A DNA stretch of 64,000 nt from Giardia intestinalis (lineage: Eukaryota). The DNA lies in the NCBI GenBank assembly GCA_000002435.2, contig CM018790.1. One strand, 5' to 3'. The notes under the pieces were generated by a model. It did no database searches. It had not been told where the DNA came from and saw nothing but the letters and a program-made list of their open reading frames with translations. The number at the start of each line of letters is the position of its first letter. Within the stretch, counting starts at the first letter, position 1. Made by a program: the position numbers and the translations under genes. Positions 1 through 10,429 of the stretch are shown here, piece by piece.

Positions 1-1
1 G

Positions 2-2293
2 AGCTATAAGGCAAAAGTAGAGGCATGTGCTACAGGCAGCTCTCATGCGCCGCCTGGAGTCGATCCAGGGCTGTCCCCTCTATCTTATAACATAATTACG
101 TTACCGCCGGCAAACACCGCTCATGCATGCTCGGGGCAGCAGCCAGTGCTTACAGGAGAGGCCCTTTTTTCTCTCTCGTTCTTTCTTCGCAGCGTCTTCA
201 CTAGCTGTCTGGACCAAGTGGAGAAGATCGCCAGCAGTTCTATACCACCAGACAGTATTGATGTCACGATATGCCTCCGTCAGGTTGCGTCCAAGCGCAT
301 TGGAAGCGAAAAGCTTCTGGAGCTTGCCCTACTCAAGTACCGATCAGCCCTTCAGCTTCTCGTAGCAATCCTTGTCTTCCAGAAGGTAAGCTTTGATGTC
401 GTTGACATTCAGTTAATAGAGTTTTTTTCCTTTTTGGCTAAAAGGGCACAATCCTGCAATACTTCCAATCCCGCATTCAAAAGAATGGAGCTCTACACAG
501 ATATCTTCACTGCCGTTCAGCGTTTTACCATTGGTAACATACCCCCTCCAATAGAAGTACTCGTCTATGTCGATGAATATGGCAATTTGATGAAGAGAGA
601 GCTTGAAGACAGTGAAAAGCTGAACACGTTTGCTGTCATGAGCAAGACCATTGAGGCAACCACACGTGCAATCAAAACATCTGTTGCCATCAAGGATCTA
701 CTATCCGATCTGTCGAAGCAATTCTCGGTTCCTGCTGTGAACTCCATTGCATGGTCCCTCCCTGCTGTTGCTCGCAGCATCAAGTCCTCAGACTCCCTTA
801 TCATCACGACAATCAATCACCTTGTTGATCTATCATCCATTCTTGTGTCAATTGAACACAAAATATGCATAGCGAGTGGCATTGTATATATTTGCAGCCA
901 AATGCCCCTCTTTGTTGACACAAAGGAAAGCATATTCCTTGTCATATTGAACAAGATGCTCTTCTTCACTAGTTTTCCTAACGAGCACCTCCAAGAGATG
1001 TCGGTCCGGTGCTTTGCCCTTCTGATGAATAATATCAAGGGCAGTGCCTTTTTTGAGTCTGCCGGCTTTCGAAGTTTCCTCCGGAACATTCCACAGATAG
1101 CAATGCAGATCCCGTCGTCACTTATCATCATCCTCTATGAAAGCATCTCACGACGCATAAGTGACAGCTCCAGCACCTTCATGGACTACGTGGGGCCTCT
1201 GTTTGAAATGCTCGATGGAGTGCTCTCGCAGTACCCTCCAGTGAGCATAGAAACGTTGAGCACCATAAGCACACTATACTCCATCTTCAGCGGTATATGT
1301 GAGGGCGTCGCAGGCAAAACTAACGGAGAGATATTTGCTTCCTCATACTCCCACTTCATGGGGAGGACTCTCAAGCTATACACCTTTATTCATGAGCACA
1401 TTATATCATCATCTAATGACCCCAATCTGCATAATATTTTCTGCACTGTGAGAAGGGCAATCTCGAACTTCCTGGAAATGCTAATGCGAGCAAGCGCCTA
1501 CAACCACATACGTGTTTGGTTTTTGAACACATCTGTGGGTACCAATATTGCTCTCCCAGACAGCAACTCGGTGCGTCCCGATATGCTTGCGCTTCTTGGA
1601 GCCTACAAGCAATTTTTAGACCCGATCAATGCAACACAACAAAGCAAGATTGATGTGCAATTTGCTCGGTTTGCTCACGCTCTATTTGAACGAATTTCCC
1701 TACTGTCGAGCGATGCTGACAAGGACGATCTAATAGGTATATACTTCAATGAGGTGCTGGCACCAATCCTAAAGTTCTTGGCAACAACTGGCTTTGCCGC
1801 ACACGCAGATTTAGCAGACGTCTTTATCGAGAGTATTTGCCAAACGCTCACCACTTGTAATGCGTATCTTAGACGACAAGGAAGCGAGTTTCTGCATGTG
1901 TTTCTGGAATTCATCCCGCCAATCATCCGGGCTGTAAGCGAGAGCAATCTTTTCTACAAACACTATGCGCTATGCTTTAAAGCTCTCACAACTCTTGCTG
2001 ATATGCTTATGATGCGAGAGCCGTTGGCGGTCAGCGTCTTGTCTGTTTTGTTTGTCGACACAATTAGATTGCTGAATAAAAGCATCATTCCGAGTGAGTA
2101 TGCACTGCTCAGTGCATGGTGGGAGCTTCTTCAAAGAACGAATGAGCCTGACATGGAGGCCAAGGTGTTCTACTGCATATCCCCATCTATAACGGTTAAC
2201 ATGATAAGCTACTTTAGGAACGGCCTTATAGAGCGCAACGAGGCAATTACCAGAGATCTCTTTGTGGTTTTGCGCACGCTTCTATGGTTTTGA
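2..2293 (+). CDS. Hypothetical alpha-helical repeat (HEAT/ARM-like) protein, possibly the C-terminal portion of a karyopherin-like protein; probably 5'-partial. The frame is open from the window edge, the ORF-track start at 146 is GTG, and the first in-frame ATG is at 485 with an AT-rich stretch just upstream.
   Basis: Long uninterrupted frame 2..2293 with coding-like, leucine-rich amphipathic helical composition throughout. There is no upstream stop inside the window. The alternative start at ATG 485 (caaaagaATGg) follows a T/A-rich tract 420-445. No catalytic motif was recognised. Confidence 0.5.
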   Translation, partial: SYKAKVEACATGSSHAPPGVDPGLSPLSYNIITLPPANTAHACSGQQPVLTGEALFSLSFFLRSVFTSCLDQVEKIASSSIPPDSIDVTICLRQVASKRIGSEKLLELALLKYRSALQLLVAILVFQKVSFDVVDIQLIEFFSFLAKRAQSCNTSNPAFKRMELYTDIFTAVQRFTIGNIPPPIEVLVYVDEYGNLMKRELEDSEKLNTFAVMSKTIEATTRAIKTSVAIKDLLSDLSKQFSVPAVNSIAWSLPAVARSIKSSDSLIITTINHLVDLSSILVSIEHKICIASGIVYICSQMPLFVDTKESIFLVILNKMLFFTSFPNEHLQEMSVRCFALLMNNIKGSAFFESAGFRSFLRNIPQIAMQIPSSLIIILYESISRRISDSSSTFMDYVGPLFEMLDGVLSQYPPVSIETLSTISTLYSIFSGICEGVAGKTNGEIFASSYSHFMGRTLKLYTFIHEHIISSSNDPNLHNIFCTVRRAISNFLEMLMRASAYNHIRVWFLNTSVGTNIALPDSNSVRPDMLALLGAYKQFLDPINATQQSKIDVQFARFAHALFERISLLSSDADKDDLIGIYFNEVLAPILKFLATTGFAAHADLADVFIESICQTLTTCNAYLRRQGSEFLHVFLEFIPPIIRAVSESNLFYKHYALCFKALTTLADMLMMREPLAVSVLSVLFVDTIRLLNKSIIPSEYALLSAWWELLQRTNEPDMEAKVFYCISPSITVNMISYFRNGLIERNEAITRDLFVVLRTLLWF

Positions 2294-2372
2294 ACCTCCG
2301 TACTGCTATCGAGTTGTTTGAACTATAAAATAAAAAACGACAAATCCAAGAAATATCTTGCGCCGATAGACC

Positions 2373-3509
2373 ATGATTTTAGAATACAGAGGCCCTATCC
2401 AAGATGGTTGCATGCACGGTAGAGGTGAGGCTATGTATAGTAATGGAGAGACGTACGTGGGCGATTGGTACAAGGGAAAGAGGCACGGTCAGGGCAGGTA
2501 CACGAATGCAGACGGAAGTTACTATGAGGGATCCTGGGAAGACGATGTTATCCACGGTAAGGGAACCTTCGTTTTCAGCAACGGAAATGTGTACCAAGGT
2601 GACTGGAACCACGGCGAGACCCATGGCATGGGTATCATAACGTACGCGTGCGGAGACGCCTACGAAGGCCAGTGGGAGAACGGGAAGATGTGCGGACACG
2701 GAAAGTTTGTGTACCGCGAGGGCGATATCTACGAGGGCGAGTTTCTCGACGACGAGCGGCATGGAGTGGGATCGATGACCTACGTTGATCCCCAGAACAC
2801 GTCTAGGGTCATAGAGAAGTACGAGGGCCAATGGGTTAGAGGAGTGATGCATGGACAGGGGATTTTGCGCCTTCAAGACGGCTCTGTCTACGAAGGAACG
2901 TTCGAGAATGACACCATGGGTGGGACTGACCCCATGGACCAGACACGGGGCAAGCATGGCGTGTTGGTGTACTCTGGAGAGGACCCCATCTACATGAAGT
3001 ACACAGGAGAATTCAAGGACGACAAGAGGCATGGCGAGGGCGTCCTTGAGTACAAGAATGGACAGGTGTACAAGGGGCGTTTCTACCAAGATTTGTTTGA
3101 TGGTACTGGAGAGATGCAGTATGCGAACGGAGATGTGTATAGTGGAGAGTGGGTCCGGGGACTCAAGGAGGGCACGGGGACTATGCTATACAGGACAGGT
3201 GACACCTACAGTGGCACATGGTTCAACGATCTTCCCCACGGAAAGGGCGAGTTCCAGTACAACCATAAGACCGGCAGATGCAGGTATGTCGGCGAGTGGC
3301 GTGAAGGTCTCAGACACGGTCCGGGGACCTTTGCCGATGCACATGGAAATTCCTACACGGGGGACTGGGCCAAAGGAAAGAAGCACGGCAACGGGACCCT
3401 TGAGCTCAATGGGCACGTGCTTGTGGGGATTTGGGAAAACGGAGAGCCGAAGCAGATCATGAAGTACACCATTAACAGGGACTCCCCATGGGCCGATCCT
3501 AACTTTTGA
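2373..3509 (+). CDS. MORN-repeat protein (about 14 tandem YxGxWxxGKxHGxG repeats)
   Basis: Repeated units such as YVGDWYKGKRHGQGRY, YEGSWEDDVIHGKGTF, YQGDWNHGETHGMG and YEGQWENGKMCGHGKF are the canonical MORN motif. ATG at 2373 is preceded by the AT-rich tract ctataaaataaaaaacgacaaatccaagaaatatc. Confidence 0.85.
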   Translation: MILEYRGPIQDGCMHGRGEAMYSNGETYVGDWYKGKRHGQGRYTNADGSYYEGSWEDDVIHGKGTFVFSNGNVYQGDWNHGETHGMGIITYACGDAYEGQWENGKMCGHGKFVYREGDIYEGEFLDDERHGVGSMTYVDPQNTSRVIEKYEGQWVRGVMHGQGILRLQDGSVYEGTFENDTMGGTDPMDQTRGKHGVLVYSGEDPIYMKYTGEFKDDKRHGEGVLEYKNGQVYKGRFYQDLFDGTGEMQYANGDVYSGEWVRGLKEGTGTMLYRTGDTYSGTWFNDLPHGKGEFQYNHKTGRCRYVGEWREGLRHGPGTFADAHGNSYTGDWAKGKKHGNGTLELNGHVLVGIWENGEPKQIMKYTINRDSPWADPNF

Positions 3510-3674
3510 CACGGGTTCTTTTACTAGATTTACTAGTTTACTTGATAGTTTACTAGATGCTCTCTAGCATGAGCTTACGGCCATTGCCGCTCACGTCGTC
3601 ATTATGTGCCTTTTGTAAATGAGCATTCTCCATAAGCTGTAAACAGTGGTACAGATTCAGATCTAAGAAATTAA

Positions 3675-4616
3675 ATGCAATATCCTCCTCGCTTGGGCTT
3701 TGGAACGTGGCAGGCGCCTCCAGAGGCCGTGCAGACCGCTGTTGAGACAGCGCTCATGACTGGGTACAGGCACATCGACTGCGCCTATGTCTACCAGAAT
3801 GAGGAGGCCATTGGTCGTGCTTTTGGAAAGATCTTCAAGGATGCGTCTTCAGGAATCAAGCGCGAAGATGTCTGGATCACCTCAAAGCTATGGAACTATA
3901 ACCATCGCCCAGAACTGGTCCGTGAGCAGTGCAAGAAAACCATGTCTGACTTACAGGTGGATTACCTAGATCTCTTCCTTGTCCACTGGCCGCTTGCCTT
4001 TGTTCGTAATGACGTCGGGGATCTCTTCCCGAAGGATGCCGAAGGCCGTGCGATGCTCGAGAAGGTCCCCCTGGCCGACACATGGAGGGCAATGGAACAG
4101 CTGGTCGAGGAGGGCCTTGTGAAGCACATCGGGGTCTCGAATTACACGGTCCCTCTTTTGGCCGATCTACTAAACTACGCCAAGATCAAGCCTCTTGTGA
4201 ATCAGATCGAGATACACCCGTGGCACCCCAACGACGCTACCGTAAAGTTCTGCCTTGACAACGGAATAGGTGTGACAGCCTACTCTCCCATGGGTGGATC
4301 ATATGCAGATCCCAGGGATCCCTCTGGCACACAGAAGAACGTGATCCTTGAGTGCAAGACGCTGAAAGCAATAGCCGATGCCAAAGGGACAAGCCCGCAC
4401 TGTGTGGCGCTCGCTTGGCACGTGAAGAAGTGGAACACCTCGATGTACAGTGTCATTCCTAAGAGCCAGACGCCCGCGCGCATTGAGGCCAACTTCAAGT
4501 GCACCGAAGTACAGCTGAGCGATGATGACATGGATGCAATCAACAATATTCACTTGAACAAGAGAATCCGCTTTTGCGATCCCGCTATCTTTTGGAAGGT
4601 ACCACTGTTTGACTAG
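3675..4616 (+). CDS. Aldo-keto reductase (aldose reductase-like, AKR superfamily)
   Basis: N-terminal LGFGTWQ...GYRHIDCAYVYQNEEAIG, the mid-protein ITSKLWN, VDYLDLFLVHWP and IGVSNY, and the C-terminal IEIHPW are hallmark AKR motifs, including the catalytic Tyr and Lys context. Classic Giardia initiator agaaattaaATG. Confidence 0.88.
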   Translation: MQYPPRLGFGTWQAPPEAVQTAVETALMTGYRHIDCAYVYQNEEAIGRAFGKIFKDASSGIKREDVWITSKLWNYNHRPELVREQCKKTMSDLQVDYLDLFLVHWPLAFVRNDVGDLFPKDAEGRAMLEKVPLADTWRAMEQLVEEGLVKHIGVSNYTVPLLADLLNYAKIKPLVNQIEIHPWHPNDATVKFCLDNGIGVTAYSPMGGSYADPRDPSGTQKNVILECKTLKAIADAKGTSPHCVALAWHVKKWNTSMYSVIPKSQTPARIEANFKCTEVQLSDDDMDAINNIHLNKRIRFCDPAIFWKVPLFD

Positions 4617-4625
4617 ACATTTTCC

Positions 4626-5519
4626 ATGTGGGTTCCTTCAGTTGCGAGTAAATTTTACCAAAGTATGGTTAATCTTCAATACTTCAGGATGAAGGGGCTC
4701 CGCAGGCTGGTGAAGCAGATACCAAACATCCTCTCACTCTCGCGCATACCGTTGCTCTTCTCCATCACAGCGTGTCTCTTCGCCAAGTTTCCGAGCCGCT
4801 ATGCGGTGTCTTTTACTCTCTGTGTTGTGGCATCCATAACAGACTACTTAGACGGTGCTACAGCGCGCAAATTCAACGCGACGTCCGACTTTGGCAAGCT
4901 CTTTGACGCCCTCTGTGATAAGATTCTAACGGTCGGCATTTTCATCAGCTTCATAGCCACTGGGATCTACCCTCCGCTGTTCGTGTTCCCAACGCTAATA
5001 GTCCTCAGCCGAGAATTTCTGGTAACGGGCTTGCGGATGATAGCTGCATCCCGTGGGGTAGTCATGGCAGCCGAAAGAGGCGGGAAAGTGAAGACGGCAG
5101 CGCAGATGTTTGCCATCTGTGCCATCCTTTTCTCCTACACGCTGGAAGAAGCTAATATGAGTGATGGAGGGCTTCTTAACACTATCCTATACATGCTTAT
5201 CAAACCCATCCGCTTGGCCTCCCTGGTGATGTTTCTGTTCAGTTCTGTCTTGGCACTCATGAGCGGTTATACATATCTCCGGAAATATAGCTACCTGATC
5301 TCTGATCCCTCCATCAACTGCACTACAAGTCGCTCTGCTGCTCCCAATCCAGCAGTGGGTCGAGCAGCCTCACCAGCCTCTAAGCCCTATGACATCATCA
5401 GCTCGAGCAAAGCAAGTTCGAGACCAAGCAGGGCTTCCGCCGTCTCCATAAAGCCAGAAGCGTCTGACCCCATCTGCAGTCCTGCTCTTCCGGCCCCACC
5501 TCCACCAAAATTTGATTAA
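4626..5519 (+). CDS. CDP-alcohol phosphatidyltransferase (phosphatidylglycerophosphate or phosphatidylinositol synthase-like); the true start is possibly ATG 4689 (MKGLRR...)
   Basis: DYLDGATARKFNATSDFGKLFDALCDKI matches the family signature D-G-x2-A-R-x8-G-x3-D-x3-D. Multiple transmembrane-like hydrophobic segments. The pgsA-like N-terminus IPNILSLSRIPLLF follows Met at 4689, which has a more AT-rich upstream than ATG 4626. Confidence 0.78.
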   Translation: MWVPSVASKFYQSMVNLQYFRMKGLRRLVKQIPNILSLSRIPLLFSITACLFAKFPSRYAVSFTLCVVASITDYLDGATARKFNATSDFGKLFDALCDKILTVGIFISFIATGIYPPLFVFPTLIVLSREFLVTGLRMIAASRGVVMAAERGGKVKTAAQMFAICAILFSYTLEEANMSDGGLLNTILYMLIKPIRLASLVMFLFSSVLALMSGYTYLRKYSYLISDPSINCTTSRSAAPNPAVGRAASPASKPYDIISSSKASSRPSRASAVSIKPEASDPICSPALPAPPPPKFD

Positions 5520-5677
5520 CAATGTCAGCCAATGAAGTACCTGACTAGTGGCCTCAAGGTGCAGAGGCATGGAGCACGGGAACGAAAGAACAAAAGCAAT
5601 CATACAATGTCTAAAAATTATGAACAGGTAAACCTCCATTTACGTTTAACTTTGATAGCACATCAGGAGGCCCAGCT

Positions 5678-6835
5678 TTACTGCGGATGCATGACGCTGT
5701 CATACTCCACTATAATAGACTTGGGGTACAGCTTCCTTCCTAGACCCAAGACGATGGTGACATTGTCTTCAGAGCCTAGACACAGAGCTAATCTCAATAA
5801 GTAGGAGGCCACGGCTTCTGGAGATATCTTTTGTCCGACGGTCTTGTAAGAGCGATCACACTCTTTGTACTCACCGCATTCCAGTGAAGAAAGGCCAGGC
5901 ATCTCTGGAAACACAGTGGCCAGCTCCTGGATGGAGGTCTGCCGCTGGCTAAGGTACTCACCGATACGAGTGGCTATCTTTACCAGCTGGTCATCAGGCC
6001 CCGAGCTGGCGACGAGGCATGCTATTGCGTGCTGAAGGAGCTCCTTCCGAGTTGCTGTGTGGTCGGGCCCGGAGAGTTTTGACTTGATAAGCTGAGTCGC
6101 AAAAACAGGGTCTGTGGACTTCCCCGCAACTGTGAATACATGTCTGATCAAACTGTCAACATCCTCGTTAGAGAGGACGTCCCAAAGTCCGTCACACGCC
6201 AGAACGACGTAGTCGGCGTCGGCCTCCCGGAGTGCAAAAATGTCTGGGTCTGCAATAACGCCGCAGTTCTTGAACGGCGAATCGCCTATTGCTCTAGACA
6301 CGGCAAGCATGCCTGCCACCCGGGGACAATCCCCATCGTCCATAACAACGCAGCTTCCTGCGCGCTCTATTCGTGTCTTTTCCGCAGGAAGGTTAGGTTT
6401 ATGGTCCACTGTGATTTGGCGTACACCGCGGTCGCGCAGTCCAACGATTGCACGAGAGTCTCCTGCGTTAGCAAAGTACAACATGCCCTTGTGATGAATA
6501 CACACCACCGCCGTGGTTCCAGCAGACGAGTAGATGTCTGACGTGCCCTCCTCGCGTAAATAGAGCTTATCTGTATTTAGATAGGCCTGTCTAAGGCTTT
6601 CTTTCAGGTCCATCGGGAAGATACGCGCCTTCGAAAGCTGTAAGTGGAGCTTGTCCCTTACGAACTTAGAGGCGCGGTCGCCGCCGTGACCATCGAAAAC
6701 ACCTACAAACGTGATACTGTCTATTAGATCCTGGCGGAGGCCCTTCAAATCCCTGATTATGTGTGCATCCTCATTTGATGGCCTTCGCCCGGAAACGGAC
6801 CCATGACCCCAAACATATAGTGACGATAAAAACAT
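5678..6835 (-). CDS. Protein phosphatase 2C (PPM family)
   Basis: GVFDGHGGDRASKFV, the DGHGG metal-binding motif, and LACDGLWDVLSNEDV are PP2C signatures. The ORF-track start at 6850 is TTG. The first ATG is at 6835 (MFLSSLYVWGHGS...) with AT-rich upstream on the minus strand. Confidence 0.85.
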   Translation of the reverse strand: MFLSSLYVWGHGSVSGRRPSNEDAHIIRDLKGLRQDLIDSITFVGVFDGHGGDRASKFVRDKLHLQLSKARIFPMDLKESLRQAYLNTDKLYLREEGTSDIYSSAGTTAVVCIHHKGMLYFANAGDSRAIVGLRDRGVRQITVDHKPNLPAEKTRIERAGSCVVMDDGDCPRVAGMLAVSRAIGDSPFKNCGVIADPDIFALREADADYVVLACDGLWDVLSNEDVDSLIRHVFTVAGKSTDPVFATQLIKSKLSGPDHTATRKELLQHAIACLVASSGPDDQLVKIATRIGEYLSQRQTSIQELATVFPEMPGLSSLECGEYKECDRSYKTVGQKISPEAVASYLLRLALCLGSEDNVTIVLGLGRKLYPKSIIVEYDSVMHPQ

Positions 6836-6962
6836 GTGCGCCTGTTTCAAATTCCCTTAGTTTACAAGTGCCATATATGCTGTAAATATTTCAATTTCAA
6901 ATTTAAATGCACGTGTCAATTGTGTAAGATCTGGGGACTCCGCCCGTTTTTTGTTTGGCCTT
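6836..6962. promoter_or_regulatory. Short divergent AT-rich intergenic region shared by PP2C (minus) and the acyltransferase (plus)
   Basis: 127 bp between the two start codons contains tttcaatttcaaatttaaatgcac-type AT tracts typical of Giardia initiators on both sides. Confidence 0.4.
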
Positions 6963-8264
6963 ATGGAGGATCAGGAGAAATTAGACGCTGAGAGCGAGTT
7001 GCTCAGCCAGCCTCTGTCGGATGACTCTGAGTATAAGAGCACCCAGTCTCCCATCGCCGTAGATACCCACACGATGTCAAGCGCCCTGATGCTTGCCTTG
7101 GAGCCGTACCAATATGGGACAGACTTTATTCTGAATAGGAATAGCATCCCGCGCCTTCAGAAGGAGCTGGACAAACTCATTGGCCGGACAGCTTCAAAGC
7201 CGCGACTTAGCCTTCGCATGGGTCAGAAGAAGTACATGGACTTGGAGCTTATGAGCTCTCTGGTTTTGGACTCGGTTCAGGCTGTCGCGTCTGACAGCTT
7301 CTGGGAGTGCTTCGAACGACCATACTCGCGGCCGTGGAATTGGACTTTCCCTCTTTGGGTTACCTGGGCAACTGGCTGCATCATCCGCTATTGTATTCTT
7401 TTACCTATCCGGGCTTTTCTCTTTCTGTTTATGCTTGTATTCTGCCTCTTCGGGACTCTTATGACGTCTGTTTTGGTTCCATCGAAGCGTTTGCAGACAC
7501 ATATTCAACGGCGCATACTTAAGATAGGCTATCACCTTACCCTCTTGTCTATAGGCGCTGTTGTTCTCATCCATGGATCTATCCCGCACACCCAATCAGG
7601 GAGAATCTACGTTGCTAATCACACGACTATAATGGATGCAATAATCTTGAGCTCAATCAAGCAGTTTGCCATTGTCGGACAAAAGTATAGTGGCCTCCTG
7701 GGCATTATTGAAGAACGTATCCTAGGATGCTTGGACCCTGTATGGTTCAATAGGTCTGACAGAACCGAGAGAACTGAGGCAGCGACAAAGATCAAGAATC
7801 GCATTTACGACGAAGGAGCTAAGGCGCCTCTGCTTTTGTTCCCAGAGGGAGTACTTGTCAATAACCGCTTCATAATTATGTTCAAAAAGGGAGCGTTCGA
7901 GCTTGGTGCAGAGATTTGCCCAATAGCAATCAAGTATAACGAGACACTGAGCTCTCATGCATACTGGTCTTCTCGGGATGTTTCTTTCTATAGATATCTG
8001 TTTGACTTAATGACGAATTGGATATTGATTGTTGATGTTTGGTTTCTTCCCCCTACGTCTATTCAGGACGGAGAGACGCCAGAAGAATTTGCGGAAAGAG
8101 TCAAACTGAGTATTGCTCGAGCAGCCCGACTGATACCGCGACCGTGGGATGGATATCTGAAATATACGAAAGCCACAAAGTCTATGCACAGAAACAGAAA
8201 GACAGAGCTTTTGCACCAAATCGGATTTTCTCCAAAGGAGATTGATGAAATGGTTTCTAGTTAA
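6963..8264 (+). CDS. Glycerol-3-phosphate or lysophospholipid acyltransferase (GPAT/LPLAT family)
   Basis: HxxxxD catalytic motif (VANHTTIMDAII), the FPEG motif (LLFPEGVLVNNR), and an N-terminal transmembrane segment. The ORF-track start at 6951 is TTG; the first ATG is at 6963 (MEDQEK...). Confidence 0.75.
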   Translation: MEDQEKLDAESELLSQPLSDDSEYKSTQSPIAVDTHTMSSALMLALEPYQYGTDFILNRNSIPRLQKELDKLIGRTASKPRLSLRMGQKKYMDLELMSSLVLDSVQAVASDSFWECFERPYSRPWNWTFPLWVTWATGCIIRYCILLPIRAFLFLFMLVFCLFGTLMTSVLVPSKRLQTHIQRRILKIGYHLTLLSIGAVVLIHGSIPHTQSGRIYVANHTTIMDAIILSSIKQFAIVGQKYSGLLGIIEERILGCLDPVWFNRSDRTERTEAATKIKNRIYDEGAKAPLLLFPEGVLVNNRFIIMFKKGAFELGAEICPIAIKYNETLSSHAYWSSRDVSFYRYLFDLMTNWILIVDVWFLPPTSIQDGETPEEFAERVKLSIARAARLIPRPWDGYLKYTKATKSMHRNRKTELLHQIGFSPKEIDEMVSS

Positions 8265-10429
8265 TGATTGATGCTATGCTCCATCTTCTCCTCAGGACGA
8301 AGACGAGACAGGGACGTCTGTACCTGAGAACTCGCTATCTGCGCCACCAGAGTCTGTTGCTTGCAGCATTGTCGAGCCAAGGAACCTACCATCCAGCCTT
8401 TCCTTGGTTCCGCCCTTCGCGCCCACTCCTAGCGCTGCTCCGAATGTTTATCCGATCCAGAGCATCTATCCAGCCCCTGGTGCCGTCCCTTATCTCCAGG
8501 CGTCGGGGGTGCTCAGTCTACAGCCGACGCCCTACCCCTTCGGCTTCGGGGTGCCGCTGACATACGTCCCTGTTCTGATACAATCGCCAGGACATACTGG
8601 CGGATGGCCCGTGGGCACGGGTGACGGTCCGCTCGGAAGGCCGACCAGGCAGCCCTGAGCCCCTGCTGCACCGCCTCGCACCAGAGGAGGAATCACGGTC
8701 TACAGCCAGAAGGGCAAAAGAGGCGCGTGGGTGGAGGCGCTCTCCCGATTTTCTTTTCGAGCTCGAACAGAACAGCCGTAGAGACTGTACGAAAACATCC
8801 TACAGTACCATCGAGGCCTCGCACGGAGGGGTTCTGAATGGACGAACGCCTAGGCTGGGAGTCATTCTAGAGCCGATTCTGGCCGAGGAAGGGGCTCCCC
8901 GCTTACGGGGGCATGGCGGCTCCGCTGGCCACGTACGGCGACAGTTGCCGGGTCAGCGGCCCAGCCAAACCAGCGATGCCGCTGCGGAAGCCACCCCCGG
9001 CCCTGTCCCACACAGTCGATGCCCTTGGCAGCCGCCTGCTCCAGTCCAGATCCACCCCACCGGCTGCGTGCCAGGGCCAGACATCTAGCAACCACAGAGA
9101 CACGTCCACCGAGGCCGACACTGGCTGCACACACCGACCGGCGCGTCGATTCGAGGCACAGACGCGCATTTTTTCTTTTGTCCGGCGAGATTCCGGGCTG
9201 CACTGGCTGCACGGACGCACGCAGCTGTTCCGCGCCGGCCGGGGCCTTCCGAGGCAGGCCTTGCACGAGAACGCGACGTCTCGCGCAGGTCCACCGGCCC
9301 TCTGGCGGGCGCACGGCCGCGGAGTGTCCGTCCCTGTTGCGATGCAGTGCACACGGCTTTGTAGCACGTGCAGAGACCCAGTTGCCCTGCCCTGGCTGTG
9401 GCTCCTGCGCGCTGCGGCCAGCCACTGAGACCAGCCCCCATTGGAGCAGGCCACGGCAGGGCCCGCCGGACAAGCTCTCTACATGAGCACATGCTGCACA
9501 GCTTAGAGGCGAACGCTGCACAGCCCGGCTAGTGCTCGCTGCCCCTATCGCTGCGTGGTACCTCTTCGTGAGACGACTGCGCAAGGCCACCCGATCGAGG
9601 GCTACGGCAGGACGCAAAGAGTGGACTAGTTCAGGGCGTTGTGCATCTAGTAGGCCTGTGAGTACGCCTAGGTCGTGTATAGCTATTACATCAACATACT
9701 CATGTAGGTGGATACAACTGATTGCTCCGAATGGACTGGTTCTTGATGGCGTGGGCTGATGGGGAAGGACGCATTTGTATTACAGGTCCAAGCATAGAGG
9801 GTGGCAGCAGGAAACGAAAAGTTGCTTGATTGCTGGTGTGCAGGTAAATGCAGCTATTTGCACTTGACTTGCCTAGTGTGCCGGATAGACTGCACGCAGG
9901 GAGCCACTAGGGTCGCCAGCTATGAAGCGAGGGAGGATGTCGTGAGAAAGGCTGTATGCCACTTGGAAGATAGTGTTCTCCAGCGCGTTATGCAGCACGC
10001 GGCAGATGCTGTACAAGAATGGGACAAGGATGCCACATATCCATTGTTGTGACAGAGGTGACAGGGCATCTAGCAGGCCCTATGTTGGGGTCACGCCTGC
10101 ACCACCACAGCAGCGCATACTAGGGACGATGGTATCCTGTCCAGGTGGGCATCGCCTATACATCTATGTTGCAAATGAATCGTTATCAAAGCCAGAGTTG
10201 ATCGTACCATGAGCCCATTTGTCATACACTGAAGCTTTTTTGGTCTCCATTCCCAAAGGACTGAGCAAACTAAGGCACGGCTTAAGCGTCTATCTCTTCT
10301 TCTCTATAATCAGAAGCAGAATGCGAAGTGTGTCTACGTTATTCGTATTCCTTCCATGATAATAGTATAACGCTCAGGAATACAATCAGGAAACTTTCTC
10401 AATACAAGTCTCTATGCACTGCCGGCGCA
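8265..10429. other. 2.1 kb non-coding island; 8400-9560 is strongly GC-rich with overlapping ORFs on both strands in all frames
   Basis: No frame has coding-like composition. Long ORFs are mutually overlapping on both strands and Pro/Arg/Ala/Gly-rich, the usual artefact of high GC. A gap of 2.1 kb between genes is unusually long for this otherwise compact sequence. Confidence 0.5.

Noticed and set aside
5532-5804. 90-aa ORF in the convergent gap between the phosphatidyltransferase and PP2C genes; similar small ORFs at 11769..12044 and 30079..30273
   Set aside because: They overlap or abut 3' ends of well-supported genes, lack promoter-like upstream sequence, and have non-coding-like composition.
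8400-9600. Possibility that the GC-rich islands are rDNA fragments (Giardia rDNA is very GC-rich and subtelomeric)
   Set aside because: I could not recognise any conserved SSU, 5.8S or LSU rRNA core motif by eye, so I am not calling rRNA. A BLASTN against the rDNA unit would settle it.
8264-9617. Many 80-250 aa ORFs on both strands in the GC-rich tracts (8264-9617; also 37577-38520, 44109-45240, 52024-53851)
   Set aside because: They overlap each other in several frames on both strands, are Pro/Arg/Ala/Gly-rich, and lack ATG starts with AT-rich initiators. This is the typical high-GC non-coding artefact.
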